Assembly: GCF_006345805.1 (NCBI RefSeq)
Contig: NC_042998.1
Coordinates: 110,050,001 to 110,114,000, forward strand
From: Octopus sinensis
Taxonomy: Eukaryota
DNA: 64,000 nt
Direction: 5' to 3'
A program made the translations under genes and the position numbers. Below, in pieces: positions 41,225 through 53,867 of the stretch. The notes beneath the pieces are model-generated. The model was given only the letters and a program-made list of their open reading frames with translations, had not been told where the DNA came from and did no database searches. Position 1 is the first letter of the stretch. The number at the start of each line of letters is the position of its first letter.

Positions 41225-42110
41225 CTTTGCACAGCTTCTAACGCGGGAGATATACTACAGTGTCAGCTGTTCACTACCACTGAACTAAGATAACACCCCT
41301 TATTTTTCGAGCATTGCTGTGCTCCACCCTTATTGCAGCCCCTATTTGTTCCGCGTACTTCTCGAGATTTTTGTTCAATGTTCCCAGGGCTTCGAATTAT
41401 TGGTACTACTGCTACCTTTTTCATATACCGCAATTGCTTAACTTTCCAAGCTAACCTGTCATATCTCTCACCTTGTCTTTCTTTCTTATCGCATACCTTG
41501 TTGTCAGCTGGGCATGCTATATCTATGATCTAGCATACTTTGTTTTGTTTCTCATTTAAGACTATGTCTGGCTTCCTATTCTCTATCTCATGGTCGCACT
41601 GAATCAAAAAATCCCATGAGATCTTTGCATTTCTATTTTTAACGATGCCTTTATGTTTACGGTCGTACCAATTTTTTGCTCTGTCAAATCCATACTTGTT
41701 GCAGAGTGCCCAATGGACAAGCCTGGCTATATATTATTGTGGCGTCTCTTATATTCCTTCTGGGTTAGTGGCGTACATTGATAGGAAATATGGCATGCTG
41801 TTTCACCGTTTTGTTCCCAGATTCTGAACTTATCACTTTCTTCTGAGACGATGAGGCACGGAAGCATTTATGAATGAGAAGGTGGTACTGATAACAATTA
41901 ACCTTGCGTGATGAGTAAGTAGGATAAAGATTGTCGATGCTTTCACGTAAGTAAATATCATGGTTAGTGCAGGAAAGAGACTGCAGAAACCAAATTGGCC
42001 GTGGAGAACGTATTGATCCACAACGGATTAAGAAATTATGGAATCCATCGCGAATCTAATTATGTCTCCCAGCCGTTGAGGGCAGAAAACCAAGGTATCA
42101 CTTGTGTGGT
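41225..42110 (-). mobile_element. R4/Dong-like LINE 3' fragment
   Basis: ISWDFLIQCDHEIENRKPDIVL...IIDIACPADNKV...YDRLAWKVKQL; the 3' end runs into (AAT)n at 41140-41225. Confidence 0.8.
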
Positions 42111-42289
42111 GAAGTCCATATCAAGTATTTCTGTACACATCAAAGGAAGAGAAAACAAAATTCCTACCACTCCACTAACTTGCTCGGGCATATTGCATTG
42201 TTTGCATAATCTGAAATTCAAGAATTAGCAGCGCCAAGTAGAATCGGAACACCACAAATATATGTAGAGTGTGCTTTAGAATTAAAAGT

Positions 42290-42450
42290 ATCATACTAGG
42301 TACTTATGTGACTGTGTAGTAAGAAAGTCTGCTTCCCAGCGACATGGTTCCGGGCTGAATACCACTGCATGTTTCCTTGAGTAAGTGACTCAGACCGACC
42401 AAAGCGTTGGAGTGGATTTGATTTACTGTAATTGAAAAACAAAACGTCAC

Positions 42451-42498
<48 letters not shown>

Positions 42499-42543
42499 AC
42501 ACTACCTCTCATCATCTTTTGTTACTTTTGTGAATTCTCTCCC

Positions 42544-42593
<50 letters not shown>

Positions 42594-42637
42594 CTACACT
42601 ACCTCTCATCATCTTTTGTTACTTTTGTGAATTCTCT

Positions 42638-42683
<46 letters not shown>

Positions 42684-42905
42684 GGTGAGTTTGTATGCGT
42701 TTATGCTTGTTTGTCCCCCTCACCACTTGACAACAGGCGATGGTATCTTTACATATTCATAACAGTAGCAGTTGGGCGAAAGGAACGGATAGAAAACTTA
42801 AAAAGTAAGTACTGGAGACGAATCGTTTGACCAAAATTCTTGAAGGCATTTCCCCAGCATGGCTGAGGTCTAATGAGTCAAACAAGTAAAAGATAAAAGA
42901 TAGAT
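42290..42905 (+). mobile_element. SINE family B interrupted by (TA)n and a duplicated 47-bp insert
   Basis: The 5' half at 42290-42450 and the 3' half at 42680-42905 match 11190-11530. Confidence 0.65.
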
Positions 42906-43835
42906 ATTACGTATTTTGAGCCATGGTTTAAAATATATAAAATCTTTATATATTTTATCTTTTACTTGTTAAAGGTATGCGGTCAGAGAGGTGTGCACAA
43001 ACATTCAAATCTTGATGAATCCCAATAGATATTCATGATGAGGAAGCTATTCTAGAGCTGTAACCTCCAGAACGAGTAGGGAGATGTTGAACAAACCACC
43101 CAGTTGCTACCTGCCTAGTGGTATTTCCAAAATGAAGAAGGAATGCAAAAGGAAGAAGAGTATGGTGGGGATAGTGACTCAATGAAACAATGACATTATA
43201 GTTTTTTTCCCTAAGTAGAGAAACGACGGAAGGTGAAATTATGAATTATAGTATTTTCGTATTGTTAACTAGATTAGCTACTTACGAAAAGCTATACGAT
43301 ACACATATGTAATCATCCTCCTAACCACATTTTATTATTTTAATCACGTCTAGTAACATCGCAATCATACATAAATACATGAGGACACCAATGCTGCTCA
43401 TTTTAGCTACTTAACGACCAGTTAACAATTCACGGAAAAGTCAGCTGTGGGTGAAATTACTAGTGTTAACTAAAATTTTTAATATAACACACTCTCTAAT
43501 TATAGAAAATATAAATGGTCTCTGAACATAATCACGTGTTTCACATAATAGAACTGGAATGATTTAATTATTTTTCTTTAAAGATGGATTCTAATCTTAT
43601 TCTGAATGGGAGAACTGAAAGTGTGATGGTGAGGAATAAATTTTGAATAGTTTTCTAGATGATAGTTAACTCCTTAGAAATAGTTGCTATTAATACGCTA
43701 TAACTCTAACGGGAAATGTAACTACTTAAACTTTTTCTAGTGATAGCTCCTCCTCCCCTTCTTCTTCTTCTTCTTCTTCTTCTTCTTCTTCTTCTTCTTC
43801 TTCTTCTTCTTCTTCTTCTTCTTTTTCTTCTTCTT

Positions 43836-43883
<48 letters not shown>

Positions 43884-43904
43884 ATACTACTACTACTATC
43901 AATA

Positions 43905-44284
43905 AAGCGGAGCTGGCAAAATCTTTAGCACACCGAGAAAAATGCTTACCGGAATTTTAGCGTCTTTCCTTTCTGAGTCCAGATTCCGACTTTGCCTTTC
44001 ATCCTTTCAGGGTCGATAAAATATGTACTAGTTGAGCACTGGGGTCGATGAAATCGATTTAACCATTCCCCTGCAACTGCAGGCCTTGTGCTAAAATCTG
44101 AATGAATCATTATTATCATTTTGTTAAGGCGGCGAGCTGGCAGAATGGTTAAATTCAGCCGATGTCGACTTTGCCTTTTATCTTTTCGGGATAGATAAAT
44201 TGAGTACCAGTCGAATATTGAGGTCGATGTAATCGAATTACCCTCTTCCCACAAATTTCAGGCCTTGTGCCTATTGTAGAAAGG

Positions 44285-44318
<34 letters not shown>

Positions 44319-44780
44319 TATTATTATTATTATTATTATTAAGGCAGTGAGCTAGTAGAATCGTTAGCTCACCAGATAAAATGCTTAGCAGTATTTTGCC
44401 TGTTTTTATATTCTGAGTTCCAATTCGGCCAAAGACGACTTTGCCATTCATAAATACGGGGTTAATGAAATGTGCACCATTTGAACCACGGAACTGATAC
44501 AATTGACTAGCCTCCTTTCCACAAACGTCAGTCAATTACGCTGAATGATTATGACTGTTGCTCTTTATTTAGGCATCGAATCATGGACACGTCGAGCACA
44601 ATGCTTAGCGTCATTTCTTCTGGCTCTTTTAAGTTCTCAGATAAAATGGCGCCAGTATCAACTTGGCTCTTAGCTTTCTGTTGTCGATAAAATAAAGTAC
44701 CAGTCAAATATTGTGTCAATGAAGCCCACTAATCCCATCCCCTTAAAATTGCAAGCCGTCTCCCAAAATCTATATCAGTT
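43905..44780. mobile_element. Cluster of at least four SINE family C copies in both orientations
   Basis: Plus-strand copies at about 43905, 44340 and 44590; a minus-strand copy at about 44125-44290 ends in an (AAT/ATT)n tract. Confidence 0.7.
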
Positions 44781-44789
44781 ATTATTACT

Positions 44790-45110
44790 ATTTGATGAGA
44801 ATTCCCAGCTTATTTTTGCTGGGCGTGATGGAAAATGTCAGCTTTCTACAACCAGCAGACTAAGGTGACAATACTTTAAGAACCCTGCGAAGAATTGTTG
44901 CAGTTACAAGCAATGCTGATTTTTGTAGGTTTTCTATCTTTAGATTTGTACCAATCTTTTTGAGCCATGCAGGTAGTTTAATACTGATACTTCCAAGTGC
45001 GCCAATTATTATTGACATCACGTCTCCTCTTCTCATTGACCACAACCATCGCGTTTCCTTCAAACGGTCGTAGTTGTTTAGTTTTTCTTTTTTTTCTCCT
45101 GTTGGCACTT
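44790..45110 (-). mobile_element. 3' end of an R4/Dong-like LINE
   Basis: ORF 44860-45108: YDRLKETRWLW...IIIGALGSI...LQKSALLVTATILRRVL; the 3' UTR motif matches the copy at 40900. Confidence 0.8.
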
Positions 45111-45816
45111 GGACATGCTATGGCAATTATCATGCAAGTTCGTTTTTATTCATTACAACAATGTCCGGTCCCCGATGTCCCCCGATGTCCCCCGATGAAG
45201 TTTTCATTCTCGGCTCTCCAGTTCTGCATCCGTTTTTATAAATAGCTTCAGGACGTCCATGAATAGTAAGTTGTTTAGGTTTCCCTTACCTCTTCCCAGA
45301 TTACACCACAACTTTGTTTTCAGTAGTATTTCCCTCAGGGGGACCATTCTCAAGACGAATATCAGTGGAGACACTCTGTACCCTTGAAAAATTCCTCACT
45401 TGATTTTCAACTTTCCTAGTACTTGCTTCCCTGCTGTCAAATGCTCCTGCATTTCTTGCTAAGGTTTCTCATATTCTCTGCTACTCCATACATTTCCATA
45501 CATTTCCATCGTTCTTATTATCCAGGTGTGTGATATCATATAGTATTCTTTGAGATAGTCAACTCATGCCATGGTCAGGTTTGTATGTCTTCTCTTATAT
45601 AGTCAAATGAAGGCCAAGGTTTCCCATATTAACTCACAGGAGATTTGATCGAAAATGTCTAACCTTCATTTGACAAAATATCTATGACCTAATGAGTAAC
45701 TAGCGGGGTATCCCAAATTTGGGTAATTACTACTCCCAAGGTCCTACTAGTTAGGAAATATATGTTGCCTGGACTTTATCTACTCTATTCTCTATATTTG
45801 GGTGTATATATATATA

Positions 45817-46329
45817 TAGTCGAACAAAGAAAGAAAGGTCAGACCTTTCTTGGTTCGACTACCATCCGTGCAACATCTATATTCCTTCCCATGCCTATCA
45901 TCTCTTATGTCCCTACCGTAAGTCTTCACTTCCACACACGCCTGCTTAATTTAATTCGTCCTTAGTCGAAAGACACCTGTCGATTAATGTCCTGTTGTTT
46001 ATATTTGTATTTGTGTACCGTTTCTCCGTTCTTTTTCGCCCCTGTTTTCGTATATAGTCACTGCTTTCTTCCAAGAAATATAGTGCTCTTAGCTTAGAAT
46101 TCCTTGGGGCTGGCCAGATTGGAGTAGTCTCGAGTATAACCAGCCGGAACTGCAAAGATAATCTGGAACTCGACTGACGAAAGAAAACGCCGAAAGACCC
46201 GTCCTTGTCTTTTCATGTCCCTTTTTGTTTCATCCAAGTGTCTGGATGTTTTGTTGCCGCCTGTTGCGTTCTTGTTCCATTTTTTGTATTTCATGTATGC
46301 GCATTGTTTGTTTTTAATTTTGTCGACTA
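45817..46329. mobile_element. Unclassified about 510-bp element with short terminal inverted repeats and a 5' hairpin
   Basis: Starts TAGTCGAAC and ends GTCGACTA; 45817-45861 folds into a hairpin of about 18 bp. Confidence 0.4.
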
Positions 46330-46378
46330 CACAGTATAAAAGGGTCAGTGACGCACTATCTGTAAGAAAATCTGTACC

Positions 46379-47245
46379 ATGACGCAATTCCCTCTGTCAG
46401 AAATTTTGAAACGACATGCTGTACTGTTTCGCATTCGCCAATACGAACATTCAAAGTGTTTGGGTGTCAACCTGAGGACAGTGCGAAAGATTCGGAAACA
46501 GTTAGATGAGTCTGATGGTGATTACGAAGGTACGGCAGCTCGGAAAATTCACTCTGATCCTTCTGATCGGAGAACTCAAGACTTTGTTGGTCAGATCCAG
46601 GGCATGATTGGCAGCGATCCCTCCAAGAATATCAGCTTCATCGCCAGAGACATGAAAGTGTTTGAGCATTTTATCTGGCAGGTAGTGAATGAAGACATTC
46701 GGTATTCCTCATGCAAAATGAAAAAGGGCCAATTTTTATCCCAAGCCACCAAAGGACAGACCGCACTCCGAACCTTTTGAACAAACTCAAGCATCCCCTC
46801 CAACGAAACATACTTTGTTTTTTCTCAGACGAGAAACATTTCTGCCAGGATCAGATGGTGAACACACAGAACAACCGTTTGCTTGTCGTGTCCCCAAAAT
46901 CAAACATCCAGTCAACATCATGGTGTTTAGTGTGACCACTAATGATGGCGAAGTTATGCTTCCATTCATCTTCTCACACGGCCTCAGACACGAAACGGAG
47001 GCTTCATCAAGTAACTGGAAGAGGTAGTGCTCCTACATCAAGTGCCTAGAGGTGGCGGCCTGGAAGACCCTATGTCTGGCAACAGAACTCTGCACCACAC
47101 TACACATGCAAGAGAAGCCAGTCATGGCACTCAAACAATTTCTGCGACCACATCACCCCTAACGTCTCGTCACCTAACTCTCCAGTCTGCAACCGCCTTG
47201 AATATTACGTGTGGGGTGCAGGTGAGCGTGAGACTCCTTGGAACA
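46379..47245 (+). mobile_element. Tc1/mariner DD37D (maT/mori-like) transposase relic
   Basis: FFSDEKHFCQDQMVNTQNNR and KHPVNIMVFS..NDGEVMLPFIF, plus frameshifted WQQNSAP and LQS/DCNRLEYYVWG segments; multiple frameshifts. Confidence 0.85.
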
Positions 47246-47308
47246 CTCTCACAAAACTCCTTGCATACATATATGTATATATATATATATATATATAATA
47301 TATATATA

Positions 47309-47377
<69 letters not shown>

Positions 47378-47634
47378 GTAAGTTGCAAGTTGTCATAATA
47401 GTACTCGGAGTTTCAAATGCCGGAGCTAATAGCTACGATGCATTCTCTTCGGCTATTAATGGCAATCTATATATATACGTACATATATATAGATATATAG
47501 ATTCATATATATGTATATACATGTATTATATATATAAATATATATACATATATATTATATACTATATTTATTACATATATATATACATGCATTTATGTGT
47601 GTGTATATGTGTGTGTGTGTGTGCGTGCATCCGC

Positions 47635-47671
<37 letters not shown>

Positions 47672-48916
47672 CACACACATACAGTCTTTATATAGAAGCC
47701 AATATTTCGCCTGTTCCGCAGATCTGAAAATATTCTTAAATTAACACTTGAATAAAGGTGTCAGAATCATTAATTTGTGTGAAACATATATAAATTGCGA
47801 TTGAAATGATTAACTGCGAATATGCATTAAAATCTTTCATACATATAATGATGCATGACACCGGCCTAACGAAGCCTATATATCTAGAACAAACAATTTT
47901 TCGTTAGTGGAAATAAATATAGAATAATTATTAATCAGCTCCATATTCTTCCTTGTCTTTTGATTTATTTATTTCATTTCGTAATATATTTTATCTAAGG
48001 TGACTATATTTATAATGAATGCCTTACTTCAGATATATTTTATCCTTTGCTACCTCTTTAAGGACATTTTTATCTGGCTTTAAATATACTTTCTTAAGTC
48101 GTTATGTCTTAAGAGAATCGTTTGCCCACCAACGCAATATCTATTAGGAAAATATTGTACTATTCAGCATAGCATTTATAAACTCCAGCCCCTTATGTGG
48201 GAAGCTTACGCAATAGTTTTGAAACAGGGAAGTGCTGAAATTAATGCTTACCAATGTTCTCAGGCTATGTCAGCATTAAATTTAGGGTTTGGCATAGTGC
48301 TGAGTAAATGAGAAGCTCAGATAGTCTTTAACGCTTGATAAGGAGGAAGTTGGGGAATTCATTATACGGAATGCTTTTACTACGTAGAGAGGAAAAGGTT
48401 TTTTTTAAGATTAAAAGATTAAACTTAGAATGTGTACATCTGTGGGAGGTGGGGATGGGAAAGTCAGTTCCAAGATTCTATACAATATGGGTATTTCAAT
48501 ATGAAGATAGCCAGGATATGCCGGGTACTGAGCTTAAAATATGCCGAGCAACTTGTTGGTTGTATGCTGCAAGTACGCATATGTAGACTCAATCATCTAT
48601 CAACAGAATATATATACACATAGAGAGATGCATATATACATAGGTACCCAATCCAATATGAACGGTAGAGTCAGCTTAGGGATGTTTCCAGGTGTAGCGT
48701 AGGGGTAAACAAGAACACAGAAGCGGAGTTCAAAATTCAAGATAACTAGCATACTGTTGAGCTAATCATCTTGAACATTTAACTTACCTGTTTCTCTAAA
48801 ATTTTCTGATGAAGGCGGGTTTTTGCCATGATGTAATCTAAGAATGTACTAATAAATTTCTGACGAAACAGCTGGTGTGAACTTTGAATCCCACTTGTGT
48901 TCTATATGTATATAGA

Positions 48917-48952
<36 letters not shown>

Positions 48953-49294
48953 CTATATATATATCGCCACTAATTCTGACTAAGGTTGCCGAATTGCAAG
49001 AATTAATGGTTAGAAACACTTGATGTATGACGCGCACAATATATATACACTGACTGGGGAGATAACCGCCTCATAAGCAACTCTGGGATCACTGGACTAG
49101 ACTAGTTTCACCTACAAATCGTAGACTACTCACTTGCTCTCTGGTTTGGTTAAAGCGGCCTGTCAGAGTATACATTTACCATATGAATTTATTTAGCCAA
49201 ACCAGAAAACGATATTTTGTATGACTCATGCACACATGCACTGACACATATACATATCCGCATGTGTATGCGTGTGTGTGCGTGTGTGTGCGTG

Positions 49295-49332
<38 letters not shown>

Positions 49333-49827
49333 AAACACATACGCATATATAGATACATAGATATATGTTTTAGTAGGCAGAGACGGGTTTTGAACTGTTT
49401 CATATGTGATGGAAATTATAAGCTTATTGTTATGAAGATGAAGCATGTTTTTATAAATAGAGTACAGTATAAGAGGAAGACTGACATTAAGGAACAGTTA
49501 TAGCATAAATGTTAAGATTGTTTGGCAGGGGACGTTACGCGGAGCATATAGTTGAATATTATGCAGTTACATAATATTTTTAGAGTGAGGAGGACAAAAA
49601 CAATTTTTGAGTGAATAAATTTCAAAATAAATATAGTTACCATTATATAGTTGCTTCATGACTGATTGAAAAATTAAATGGAACGTTTTTAAAGTGTGTT
49701 GATTGGTTCTTAGAAGATTGAAAATCGTTAATTATTAGTGAGTCTGGGATTTGAAACTAAATTTTGTTAGATTAAATCATTCATGAAAATTCATAATTCA
49801 GAGCAACTTAGCTGGAGTGAAATCAAA

Positions 49828-49872
<45 letters not shown>

Positions 49873-50103
49873 CATTCACACGAAACACACACACGCACGT
49901 ACACACATACGCATATACACTCCGCTCACACTCATTCACATGCATACTCACTCACATACACGCACAACATCAGTTTATTCGTTTGCACAAATTCAATTTA
50001 GAAGACTCAAGTCTGTTATAGCTAAGTAAATAAAAGATTTTAATATCCAAAACTGCCCATACACTGTTTGTTTCAATTTTCACTATATATACATATACAT
50101 GTG

Positions 50104-50193
<90 letters not shown>

Positions 50194-50261
50194 GCGATAA
50201 GATATTCTCTCATGAAATTCCAGACAGAATTGAAAAGTCTTTCTTCACTGAAGGGTTAAAG

Positions 50262-51470
50262 TGTATTCTCGATGGCAATATTTACCAACAAATATCTGGG
50301 ACTACGATGGTAGCAAAAGTTGCTCCGACTTACGCTAATCTAGTCATGGCATACATAGAGGTCCAGACATATGAGCAATCTAAATTAATATATGGCTTGA
50401 ACATCCAGAAATATCTACTAGAAAACTGGAAACGTTACTTAGATGATTGCCTAATCCTATGCACGCACATTATGAACAACTTATAGATTTCAAAAATCTA
50501 ATCAACAACATAAATAATACCATTAACTTTGCCATGGAGTACAGTAAAACTCAACTACCGTTCCTCGATATATTAATCATCAAAAGAGATAAAAACATTG
50601 AAACAGATATTCATTACAAAAAAAACAGCAAATACTAATCAGTACTTACAGTTCTCCTCTGCCATCCCAAACACACGAAAGAAAAATATCCCCTTGAATC
50701 TAGCAAGAAAACTTTGCACAATTGTCTGTGACCCTGAAACTCGCAATAAAAGACACCAAGAGCTAAAACAAATACTACTTAAAAGACAATATCCATTAAT
50801 GCTAATAGACAATGGAATAGAACGTGCCAGAGCAATAAATACCAAAGAACTACAGAAAACGAAAAGCACCCCAGATACATCCAATACTCTTTACTACAAC
50901 ACACAACCCAAGAAGCACAGAGGTTTACTATATTATCCACCAGAACATCGCATTACTAAAACAAGACCCAAGAATGAAACAAGCATTCGAAACACAAAAT
51001 AATCAAAGGTAAAAGGCATTCAAAATCCTTCAAAAATTTGTCACATGTGCTATATTACCTTTCACAATTCATACACCAACAGACAAAAAGTGTGACCACC
51101 CGAATTGCAGACCTGCATCAACCTTATTGAAGATGCAACATAAAAATTCAAATCAGGACAGACCTTTACCGTAGAAAATCACTTTACATGTTCTTCAAGG
51201 AATTTAGTATACACTATGAAATATCAAGGATGTAATAAAGCTTACTCTAAGAAATCGACGGACCGTTCACCGATAACATCTACGAGACCCCAGTACTAGA
51301 GAGATTCCACTGAGTGGACACGTAGACTTCTGTGTAAAAAACTAAGTTCCCCAAACTCCAGGTCTTCCCAGTCTACCTATGTTCAGCGAATACCACAGAT
51401 GAAGCACAGATAAACAAAGAAAATACTTTTATAAAAAAGTACAAACCAAGGCTTATCAAAGTTTAACAGA
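50262..51470 (+). mobile_element. Penelope-like element fragment (RT C-half and GIY-YIG endonuclease), disrupted
   Basis: DGNIYQQISGTTMVAKVAPTYANLVM, WKRYLDDC, LPFLDILI, NIPLNLARKLCTIV, and FTCSSRNLVY (start of GIY-YIG). Confidence 0.85.
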
Positions 51471-52437
51471 GTACACACACAAATAACTATTCTCACTCAA
51501 AGTTCATTCTGCCACATATCATGATGAAGCTTCACAGCTGACAATCTAAATTTTAGCCACTTGACTACATAAAACAGCTCCTTCCACTCTCCCACCAGAG
51601 AGATTAAATTTGGAGTGCCTTGATTATAACTAAACATGTTTACTCAATCGTGTCGGCCTTCTTTTTAGACGCAAAACATACCGCCACGTGACATTAACAC
51701 ACGTAGTGGGAAACGTACAAAAGGTTATAAACTTAATCATGTCTTCTTTTTCTACAATCATTTGACAAAACATTCAGAGCAGTGATTGTTTGGACATGTT
51801 CAGTCAACCATGTCACCCTTAACTTACGGCGCCAAACATTGTCACTTGACACTAATACACAGACTTAGTGGGGAACCTACAAGTATTTCTAAGACTAGTC
51901 ATGTGACTGTCCTCTATCAATCAAATCCTATTCAAAACATATACTAATTTGAGCCACGAACTACCAATAAAAATAAGGCAAACTTGATACACTAGTCAGT
52001 AGCAAGATACCTGCGACATAAGCCACGTCTTTCTATTTGAACTTTTTGAAAATCAGTGTAAATAAGGGAACCGGTTAAAGCTTTAAATATAATAATAAAA
52101 AATATTTTAACTATTCTCAGTGCATTTTCAACTTCTACTTTTCCTATATTTCTCCCCGTGTTGAACAAAATAACTTTGTTCTCTCTCTCTCTCTCTAACA
52201 TTTGACTAGCAAACCACCGAATTGGACCGCACTGCATAGCACCACATATCTCGTCTTTACCATCAAGAAGGACCTTGTACTGTAACCGTTTTGAATATAG
52301 TCTATAACTATTCAACATTCTACCAAAGAGCCACAGAGACTTCTGATATGGAAATGGGAAGGTTTTCAGAGAATTCCAATACTCTGAATGATGGTGCAGC
52401 AGCGTAGCCACAGACTCTGGCTGAAACCAGAGAAAAA

Positions 52438-52481
<44 letters not shown>

Positions 52482-52606
52482 GCGATATGTTTCTTCTGAT
52501 GAAATCATCTTTGATTTATTTAATGTGTTATTGGTTATTCATTATTGGATCGTATGTAATGAGATATCAGAAATATTAATGTTTTCTCACACACACACAC
52601 ACACAT

Positions 52607-52678
<72 letters not shown>

Positions 52679-53314
52679 ACATCTATGTACGAGGTGAGTA
52701 TGCATTTTTATTTGTTTTTACCAAAACCAGAGCCACAAGTGCAAAATCTTTAGTGTGGGAGGTGACATCACAATTAATGCGCATACAGGAAAATTTTCGC
52801 GCCGGTAGTCTGCGTCAGATCCCGACTGCTATGCTTTAAAATACAATTATGGAATATATTTTGTAAATTGTAATAACAGCACCAATATCTTAATATATGA
52901 AGATGAAATCAAGAAGCTTTTGCCCGCGTTGCCTCTCGTGTCATACAACTTGCAAAGTTTAACATTTCTTTATTCAAATATTATTCAGTTACAAAATGCA
53001 CATAGCGATGTATTCATACATGAATAAGGAATATGTGTGTGCGTATGTGTATTTTATATGTACTCGTTTGAGTGTATATTTTGAGCACACACAATATACT
53101 TATATGCATACACATACATGCATACATGTATATATTCATACACACACACACAACTATACATATATATGCATGTATAATTAATAAAGGCCACAAAAGTGAC
53201 AGATGCCACTACCCAGTACCAATTTTGTATTAAGAATAAGAGTTTAAATATCTCAAAGTCACAGAAGCATTGAACTTAATGACTGATAAAGGGAAGTAAG
53301 TCCCGAGCGTACAT

Positions 53315-53370
53315 AGCCGGATCGCAATTTCGGATTTTGATGGAAACCACCTTAATCCTCATCAGCGGCT
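53315..53370 (-). ncRNA. Type I hammerhead ribozyme, canonical core
   Basis: Minus strand: AGCCG-CUGAUGA-GGAUU(AA GGUGG UUU CCAUC AA)AAUCC-GAA-AU(UGCG)AU-C-CGGCU; cleavage triplet AUC. Confidence 0.85.
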
Positions 53371-53810
53371 CTTAACACCTAGAATTAGACTCAACTACCT
53401 CTCTCAGTCTGATAAGAAAAACCGTTGAAAACGTGCTGATTTTCAAAACGGTAAAAGTTAAAAAAACAAATTTAAAAGGGTGGCTTATTAGCAATTAGAA
53501 TCTAAAGGCAAAATTGACAGAGGCCACAAAAGTGACAGATGGTGCTGATTAGAACATCTTTTACTAATAATAAGAGTTAAAGTAACTCAAAGCTACGAAA
53601 GCACCAAACTAATGACTGACAAATGGAGGCGTGTCCCCAGCGGTATCGCGACTTTGGATTTTTATGTAGATCATCTTAATCCTAATGGCTAATAAGCCAC
53701 CATTTTTAATTTGTTGTTTAAACTTTTACCATTTTGAAAATCAGCACATGCTTTCAACAGTTTTTCTTAAAAGACTGATGGAGGTAGTTGAGTTTGACCC
53801 TAGGCGTTAA

Positions 53811-53867
53811 GACCCGATGATGAGGATTAAGAAGGTCTACATCAAAATACGAAATCCCGATCCGACT
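53811..53867 (+). ncRNA. Degenerate hammerhead in the inverted copy
   Basis: ACCCG-aUGAUGA-GGAUU...AAUAC-GAAA-UCCCGA-UC-CGACU; C3 is mutated and stems I/II carry mismatches. Confidence 0.6.

Noticed and set aside
46168-46205. Hammerhead-like CTGACGA...CCGAAAGACCCGTC
   Set aside because: Stem II has a mismatch at the closing pair, there is no U16.1 in register and no stem I partner.
48800-48885. CTGATGAAGGC...GCC and CTGACGAAACA...TGT hammerhead-like motifs
   Set aside because: GAAA is absent after the putative stem II in both and stems I/III do not pair; the first overlaps a candidate exon.
51992-52411. 139-aa minus-strand ORF as a single-exon gene
   Set aside because: It runs through an (AG)n microsatellite and low-information sequence; only its 5' part is retained as a candidate exon.
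52490-52525. CTGATGA followed by a perfect AATCA/TGATT hairpin
   Set aside because: No GAAA or cleavage triplet follows, so it is not a hammerhead.
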